From Bacteroidales bacterium (GTDB taxonomy: Bacteria > Bacteroidota > Bacteroidia > Bacteroidales > VadinHA17), in the NCBI GenBank assembly GCA_049294275.1, contig JBAQCQ010000050.1, forward strand, positions 7,729 through 71,728: DNA of 64,000 nt, read 5' to 3'. Below are positions 59,042 through 64,000 of this stretch, piece by piece; the first letter of the stretch is position 1; every line of letters starts with the position of its first letter. A program made the translations under genes and the position numbers. The notes below the pieces were generated by a model, which made no database searches, was not told the DNA's origin, and was given only the letters and a program-made list of their open reading frames with translations.

Positions 59042-59049
59042 CAAAAATA
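59042..59049 (-). promoter_or_regulatory. Candidate -7 promoter box (TAnnTTTG on the minus strand) for the GH3 fusion gene
   Basis: Plus-strand caaaaata is tatttttg on the minus strand, 15 nt upstream of ATG 59026. Confidence 0.4.
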
Positions 59050-59123
59050 GTACTTTTCTTTATTTATTATTCCTCATTTTGATTAGTTCCAATTTGTTAT
59101 TTTTACGAAGTTAAAAAACTAAA

Positions 59124-60254
59124 ATGGCAGCATCAAAGAGTCCCGGCAAGAGCGCCGGCAGCAAGTCAGCGCGTCTTATGTCACTCGACGTATTCAGGGG
59201 CATGACGGTGGTTTTCATGATCATTGTCAACACTCCCGGTACCTGGAGTCATGTGTTCCCCCCCCTCAGGCATGCCGCATGGCATGGCTGCACTCCTACA
59301 GACCTTGTCTTTCCCTCGTTTCTCTTTATCTCGGGGGTGGCAATGTGGTACTCCCTGCGAAAGTTCAATTTTGAGTTTTCCGGACCTTCCCTTGTGAGGA
59401 TACTGAGGAGAGTGGCCCTGATATTCGCCGTGGGTCTGTTCCTTAATATCTTCCCACGGTTTGTCCGCGACTATGACACCCTGCGGATAATGGGAGTGCT
59501 TCAGAGGATAGCCCTTGCATGGGGACTCGGAGCAGTGCTGGTGATGCTGATAAAAAGGAATTATATCTGGATAGCAACCGCAGTTATTCTTTTCGGTTAC
59601 TGGGCCCTGATGTACTTTTTTGGCGGGAGCGATCCCTATTCACTTGAAGGCAATTTCGCACGGACCGTTGACCTGGCTGTAATCGGTGAGAACCATCTCT
59701 ACAAGGGCTTCGGGGTACCTTTCGATCCGGAGGGACTGCTCAGCACCCTGCCTGCGACAGCGACGGTGCTGCTTGGCTTTATGGTTGGCCACCTCATAAG
59801 TAAGACGGGCACCACATGGAAAACCGTCGGCCTGATGGCGCTGATCGGAGCGCTGCTCATCGGAGCAGGCCTGATCTGGGGCGAGTTCTTCCCGATCAAC
59901 AAACCCATATGGACGAGCTCATATGTTCTCTATGCAGGAGGAATCGGGATGGTGATACTGGCGCTGCTCTTCATGATTGTGGATATATGGAATCTCCGGG
60001 GATGGACCGGCTTCTTCAACACTTTCGGCATCAATGCTCTTTTCACATACGTTCTGGCCAGCATGCTGACCAAAACTCTCCTGGTAATAAAGATCGGTGA
60101 ACAGTCACTCTACAGCTGGATCTTCACCCATGTCTGCAGCCCGCTGTTCGAAAACCAGAAGCTGGCAAGCCTCATGTTCCCCATAATGCTGGTGATTGTA
60201 ATCTGGGCCCTGGGTTATATCCTGTATCGCAAAAAAATCATCATCCGGCTCTGA
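59124..60254 (+). CDS. Polytopic membrane acyltransferase-like protein, HGSNAT/DUF5009 (DUF1624) family
   Basis: 376 aa. The N-terminus RLMSLDVFRGMTVVFMIIVNTPG...LRHAAWHGCTPTDLVFPSFLF matches the heparan-alpha-glucosaminide N-acetyltransferase-like family pattern. It has about 10 TM segments. Confidence 0.8.
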   Translation: MAASKSPGKSAGSKSARLMSLDVFRGMTVVFMIIVNTPGTWSHVFPPLRHAAWHGCTPTDLVFPSFLFISGVAMWYSLRKFNFEFSGPSLVRILRRVALIFAVGLFLNIFPRFVRDYDTLRIMGVLQRIALAWGLGAVLVMLIKRNYIWIATAVILFGYWALMYFFGGSDPYSLEGNFARTVDLAVIGENHLYKGFGVPFDPEGLLSTLPATATVLLGFMVGHLISKTGTTWKTVGLMALIGALLIGAGLIWGEFFPINKPIWTSSYVLYAGGIGMVILALLFMIVDIWNLRGWTGFFNTFGINALFTYVLASMLTKTLLVIKIGEQSLYSWIFTHVCSPLFENQKLASLMFPIMLVIVIWALGYILYRKKIIIRL

Positions 60255-60255
60255 A

Positions 60256-61674
60256 ATGGATATAAGGACAACGGTGGAAAAGGCCTTCCTGAGATGGAAA
60301 GGCTCACCTCCCGAAATAATTACCCGGCTGCCGCAGTCTGGCTCTGACAGGGTCTACTTCAGACTCTTCTATGCCGAGGGACAGGTCATCGGGGCCTTCA
60401 ACCCGAGCCGTGAAGAGAACGACGCATTTGTCGGTTTCTCGAACCACTTCAGGTCGAAACAGCTGCCTGTTCCCGAGATCTATATTTATTTTCCCGAAGA
60501 CAAGGTCTACTTCCTGGAAGACCTGGGCGACATTAACCTATTCACATGGCTTGCCCGGCGCTCCGACGATGAGAGATTCAACGAGGAGACTGAAGCTCTT
60601 TTCCTTACAATCGCGGCGGATCTTGTCAGGATACAGACCGAAGGCATCGAGGGGCTTGACCTGTCACTCTGCTATCCCCACCGTAGTTTTGACCGCCAGA
60701 GCATAGTGTGGGACATGAACTATTACAAGTATATGTTCCTGAAGCTGATGGCCGCCCCTTTCAATGAAATAAGGCTTGAGCGCGATTTTGAGACGCTGAC
60801 CCGCTTCCTGCTTGATGCAGGGCAGGATTATTTTCTCTACCGCGATTTCCAGACGGCCAATATCATGCTTCGCGACGGCAAGCCCTGGTACATTGACTAC
60901 CAGGGAGGCAGGCTTGGAGCTCCTCATTACGACATAGCCTCACTTGTCTTTGATGCCAAAGCCTATATACCGGCCGGCATAAGGGAGAAAACCCTGAACC
61001 GCCATCTTGACCTTTTCGCTGCTGCCACAGGTAAGACGAAGGAGTCTCTTCAAAGACACTCCGGGGCATTCACCCTGATAAGGCTCATGCAGGCCCTCGG
61101 AGCATTCGGATTCAGGGGACTGCATGAGAACAAGCCTACTTTTACGGAGAGCATCGTGCCGGCAGTGGAGCTGATGAATGAGCTTCTTGCAGGTGACACC
61201 CTGCAGATCGATCTCCCCGAACTCAGGAAAGCTTCGGAATCTGTCCCTTTGCAGAGGAAATACCGTATCCTCGAGCATTATAAGGACCTTGTGAAGATCC
61301 ACATCGAGAGCTTCTCCTATGTTAAGGGAAAGGTGATCACTTACGACAACGGCAGCGGATTTGTCTTCGACTGCCGTGGCCTGCGCAATCCCGCTACAGT
61401 GACGGAGCTTAACGATCTGACCGGGCTGGACCCCGAAGTGGTTGAGTTCTTTGGCAATGATGACGAGGCTGTGGCTTTCGTTGGTGACTGTACGAACATC
61501 ATCCGGAACTCATTGCCAATGATGCGCAGGAAGGGAATCCTTGATATCAATGCCTCCTTCGGTTGCGTGGGCGGGCGCCACCGCTCGGTCTGGTGCGCCG
61601 AGAGAGTGGCATCAATGCTCTCTGCAATGCCCGGAGCGACAGTGACAATAACCCATACGGCCATCGATCCATGA
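60256..61674 (+). CDS. amgK: APH-type sugar kinase (AmgK-like anomeric MurNAc/GlcNAc kinase) fused to a RapZ C-terminal-like domain
   Basis: Residues 1 to about 335 form a phosphotransferase fold with the catalytic segment YRDFQTANIML...IDYQGG. Residues from about 340 to 472 read IESFSYVKG...FVFDCRGLRNP...LTGLD...ASFGCVGGRHRSVWCAERVA. These align motif by motif with the E. coli RapZ C-terminal domain (VESFGFKHG...FDVRFLPNP...MTGLD...IGCTGGKHRSVYIAEQLA). Confidence 0.8.
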   Translation: MDIRTTVEKAFLRWKGSPPEIITRLPQSGSDRVYFRLFYAEGQVIGAFNPSREENDAFVGFSNHFRSKQLPVPEIYIYFPEDKVYFLEDLGDINLFTWLARRSDDERFNEETEALFLTIAADLVRIQTEGIEGLDLSLCYPHRSFDRQSIVWDMNYYKYMFLKLMAAPFNEIRLERDFETLTRFLLDAGQDYFLYRDFQTANIMLRDGKPWYIDYQGGRLGAPHYDIASLVFDAKAYIPAGIREKTLNRHLDLFAAATGKTKESLQRHSGAFTLIRLMQALGAFGFRGLHENKPTFTESIVPAVELMNELLAGDTLQIDLPELRKASESVPLQRKYRILEHYKDLVKIHIESFSYVKGKVITYDNGSGFVFDCRGLRNPATVTELNDLTGLDPEVVEFFGNDDEAVAFVGDCTNIIRNSLPMMRRKGILDINASFGCVGGRHRSVWCAERVASMLSAMPGATVTITHTAIDP

Positions 61675-62393
61675 AGGCTATGATCTTTGCCGCCGGCCTG
61701 GGGACAAGGCTAGGGGAACTGAGCAGGGAAAGACCAAAGGCCCTTGTCGATGTAAACGGTAAGACAGCACTGCGTCTGGCTGCGGAGAAACTTGCCGTAG
61801 CAGGGTTTAACGACCTGATAGTCAACATCCATCACCACCCTGTCCTGATGAAGGAGGAGATTGAGAGGCTTCGCGGCGATGGATTCCGGATAACAATATC
61901 CGATGAGACCACAGAGCTGCTTGACACCGGTGGCGGTCTGCTGAATGCGCGCGGTTTCTTTGACAGGGAACCATTCCTTTGTTATAATGTTGATATATTT
62001 ACAGACCTGGATATCAGGACCTTGTATCAGACCCACCTCAGTTCCGGAGCGCTGGCTACCCTGGCAGTGAGACACCGGCCGGGAAACAGGTTCTTCCTGG
62101 TGGACCGGACCGGGAGAATAAGAGGATGGAGAAACATAGCATCAAAGGAAGAGATAATCACTGTCAGCAGCAGCAAGGGGCTTGAAGAGATAGCTTTTTC
62201 AGGCATTCATGTGCTCTCCCCGGAGATCCTTGATATGATGCCGGAGGGCATCTATACAATGACATCGCTCTATCTCATGCTGGCCGGCAAAAACCGGATA
62301 ATGGCACACCTTCACGATGAGGGTTACTGGTTCGATTGCGGCACGCCGCAAAACCTTGAAAAGATAAGGCAGCACCTGGCAAAACTGGAGTAA
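61671..62393 (+). CDS. murU: Sugar-1-phosphate nucleotidyltransferase (MurU-like MurNAc-1-P uridylyltransferase)
   Basis: I place the start at ATG 61671 (MKAMIFAAGLGTRLGELSRERPKALV, the NTP-transferase signature). It overlaps the kinase stop by 4 nt (ATGA). The track start 61563 lies inside the kinase gene. Confidence 0.8.
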   Translation: MKAMIFAAGLGTRLGELSRERPKALVDVNGKTALRLAAEKLAVAGFNDLIVNIHHHPVLMKEEIERLRGDGFRITISDETTELLDTGGGLLNARGFFDREPFLCYNVDIFTDLDIRTLYQTHLSSGALATLAVRHRPGNRFFLVDRTGRIRGWRNIASKEEIITVSSSKGLEEIAFSGIHVLSPEILDMMPEGIYTMTSLYLMLAGKNRIMAHLHDEGYWFDCGTPQNLEKIRQHLAKLE

Positions 62394-62409
62394 GGTTCCC
62401 GTGCGGCTG

Positions 62410-63339
62410 TTACATCCACTTCATCCTCCTTAGAAGGAGAACCCCAAGGAATGAAAGAATTAGTGACCCTCCCAGTATCAGCCAGAAGGCCATCTTATTG
62501 TCTTCAAGCATGTTCGGGACATTCATGCCGTAAAAACTCGCAACCAGGGTCGGTACCATCAGAACAATCGTCACTATCGTCAGCGACTTCATCACTATGC
62601 TCAGGTTGTTGGAAATGACCGATGCAAAGGCATCCATCATACCGCTCTGAATATCGCTGTAAATCTTTGCCATCTCAATGGCCTGCCGGTTCTCTATCGT
62701 TGCCTCTTCCAGCAGGTCGGATGAAAACTCATAATCGCGGATCCACTTCGAGTTCTTCAGTTTCAGCATCATCATCTCGTTTGAACGGAGCGAGGTGGTG
62801 AAATAGACCAGGCACTTCTCCATCTTCAGAAGCCGGTGGAGCTCCTGATTGCGTGTCGACTTTTCCAGATCCTGCTCTATCATTGCAGTCTGGTTGTTGA
62901 TCTGCTTCAGGTACCTGTGGTAGAACATCGTAGTGCGAAGGAACAGATGCAGAATCAGGTCGATCTTGGTCTCGATGGTGATCCCCTTGCCGCTGCGGCT
63001 GAAGAAATCGTCGAGAACCTCATTGTTGTTGTGACAGATGATTACAAGACTGTCCTTATTCAGTACGAGCCCGAGAGGGATGGTTGTGAAGGGGAAACCG
63101 TTTGACTGATTCTGGTAGGGGATACGGTAAATCATAAGCAGCATATCATCCTCGACCTCCATCCTGGAGCGCTCGTCGACGTCAAGAATGTCGGCAAGAA
63201 AATCATCAGGCACCTTGAGGGTGGTCTTTAAAATTCCGATTTCCGAAGTGGTGGGATCGGTGACGTTGACAATGCAGCCTTTCTCATAAGAATTCAACGG
63301 AAGGAGACCGTTGGGGATCATCTGCCAGTAAGTAATCAT
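62410..63339 (-). CDS. corA: CorA-family magnesium/cobalt transporter
   Basis: YGMNV (GMN) motif between two C-terminal TM helices. I prefer ATG 63339, which is preceded by aggagg, over the track GTG at 63366. Confidence 0.9.
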   Translation of the reverse strand: MITYWQMIPNGLLPLNSYEKGCIVNVTDPTTSEIGILKTTLKVPDDFLADILDVDERSRMEVEDDMLLMIYRIPYQNQSNGFPFTTIPLGLVLNKDSLVIICHNNNEVLDDFFSRSGKGITIETKIDLILHLFLRTTMFYHRYLKQINNQTAMIEQDLEKSTRNQELHRLLKMEKCLVYFTTSLRSNEMMMLKLKNSKWIRDYEFSSDLLEEATIENRQAIEMAKIYSDIQSGMMDAFASVISNNLSIVMKSLTIVTIVLMVPTLVASFYGMNVPNMLEDNKMAFWLILGGSLILSFLGVLLLRRMKWM

Positions 63340-63462
63340 TATAGTACCTCCTCTTTTAATTTCCACAGAGGTACCTGTCGCCAGTTTACCTCAGCAGAAC
63401 GAAATTTATAAAACGGCTCGCGTGATAATCGTCCATAAAAGACAATTGTGTTGATACGAGTG

Positions 63463-63470
63463 CAAAAATA
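63463..63470 (-). promoter_or_regulatory. Candidate -7 promoter box (TAnnTTTG on the minus strand) for corA, implying a leader of about 115 nt
   Basis: Plus-strand caaaaata is tatttttg on the minus strand, 123 nt upstream of ATG 63339. Confidence 0.3.
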
Positions 63471-63520
63471 TAACTTTTCCTCTAAACGCATCAGAGGCCG
63501 GAAAAAATGTCTAAAAAAAT

Positions 63521-63528
63521 TACCTTTG
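63521..63528 (+). promoter_or_regulatory. Candidate -7 promoter box (TAnnTTTG) for the dehydrogenase gene
   Basis: Exact match tacctttg, 22 nt upstream of ATG 63551. Confidence 0.4.
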
Positions 63529-63550
63529 CAAATAACCAGAATATAACGTA

Positions 63551-64000
63551 ATGGGAAAGGTACTTGTTGTTGGCGCCGGTGGCGTCGGTACGGTTACGGT
63601 GACCAAAATGGCTCAGCTGCCCAAAGTGTTTGATGAGATCATGCTTGCCAGCCGGACAAAATCGAAATGCGATGCCATTGCAGAACGGACAGGCGGCAAT
63701 AGGGTGCAGACGGCGAAAGTGGACGCCGACAACGTGCGGGAAATGGTTCAGCTGATCAGATCCTTCGGTCCTGACCTCGTGGTCAACCTGGCACTTCCCT
63801 ACCAGGATCTTCACATAATGGATGCCTGCCTCGAAACCGGTGTGGCTTATCTCGATACTGCCAACTATGAACCGCCTGAAGAGGCTAAATATGAGTATTC
63901 CTGGCAGTGGGCCTACCATGACCGGTATCGCGGTGCGGGATTGACAGCAATCCTTGGCTGCGGCTTTGACCCGGGAGTGACCGGGGTGTTTACCGCCCAC
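63551..64000 (+). CDS. Saccharopine dehydrogenase-family protein (carboxynorspermidine/carboxyspermidine dehydrogenase-like); 3' end cut by the window edge
   Basis: Absent from the ORF track, which lists only the antisense 63491-64000 ORF. ATG 63551 opens a stop-free 150-codon frame: MGKVLVVGAGGVGTVTVTKMAQ... (Rossmann GxGxxG) ...VVNLALPYQDLHIMDACLETGVAYLDTANYEPPEEAKYEYSWQW...ILGCGFDPGVT. This is typical of the Sacchrp_dh/CANSDH family. Confidence 0.85.
   Translation, partial: MGKVLVVGAGGVGTVTVTKMAQLPKVFDEIMLASRTKSKCDAIAERTGGNRVQTAKVDADNVREMVQLIRSFGPDLVVNLALPYQDLHIMDACLETGVAYLDTANYEPPEEAKYEYSWQWAYHDRYRGAGLTAILGCGFDPGVTGVFTAH

Noticed and set aside
63340-63462. Mg2+ riboswitch (M-box) or SD-sequestering hairpin in the corA leader
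   Set aside because: The leader of about 115 nt is shorter than an M-box. The only pairing I found (CCTCT with AGAGG, plus 3 bp across a bulge) is weak. The aggagg before the ATG is notable for a Bacteroidota gene, but that is not enough to call a regulatory RNA.

Overview
This 64-kb window looks like a core chromosomal segment of a Bacteroidota genome, judged from its gene families, the rseC-rnfBCDGEA layout and recurrent TAnnTTTG -7 promoter boxes. It is densely packed, with about 56 protein genes and two tRNA-Leu genes. I found no transposase, integrase, CRISPR array or recognisable defence gene. Contents in order: an edge-truncated outer-membrane barrel gene; rseC-rnfB-C-D-G-E-A; recG; a SAM methyltransferase; an ABC ATPase; a PduO-type adenosyltransferase; and guaB with SurA-like and OstA-like genes. 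Next come recQ, a DUF5063-like gene, a 3'-5' exonuclease, an rlmI-like gene and tex; oligopeptidase B; two M28 peptidases; mutS2; an isoaspartyl-peptidase fusion; and an ECF sigma/anti-sigma/DUF4097 module. These are followed by rocD; trmD; yegP; an amidohydrolase; an MFS transporter; lepB; thrS-infC-rpmI-rplT; a PKD lipoprotein; a Na+/solute symporter; lysC-lysA; and tRNA-Leu(CAG) plus tRNA-Leu(GAG). The window ends with a peptidoglycan-salvage-like cluster (GH3/beta-lactamase fusion, HGSNAT-like acyltransferase, AmgK-like kinase, MurU-like uridylyltransferase), corA, and an edge-truncated saccharopine/carboxynorspermidine dehydrogenase gene. I do not see a clear new multi-gene system. The most unusual signal is non-coding: at least nine locus-specific tandem arrays with a strict 7-nt period lie at gene boundaries, one is inserted in frame inside the methyltransferase gene, and three bracket the tRNA-Leu pair. 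Other points worth a second look are a 1-nt frameshift in rplT, an infC with no canonical start codon, an APH-type sugar kinase fused to a RapZ C-terminal-like domain, and an isoaspartyl peptidase with a duplicated unknown N-terminal module. The supplied ORF track misses both edge-truncated genes, and several of its entries carry spurious N-terminal extensions.
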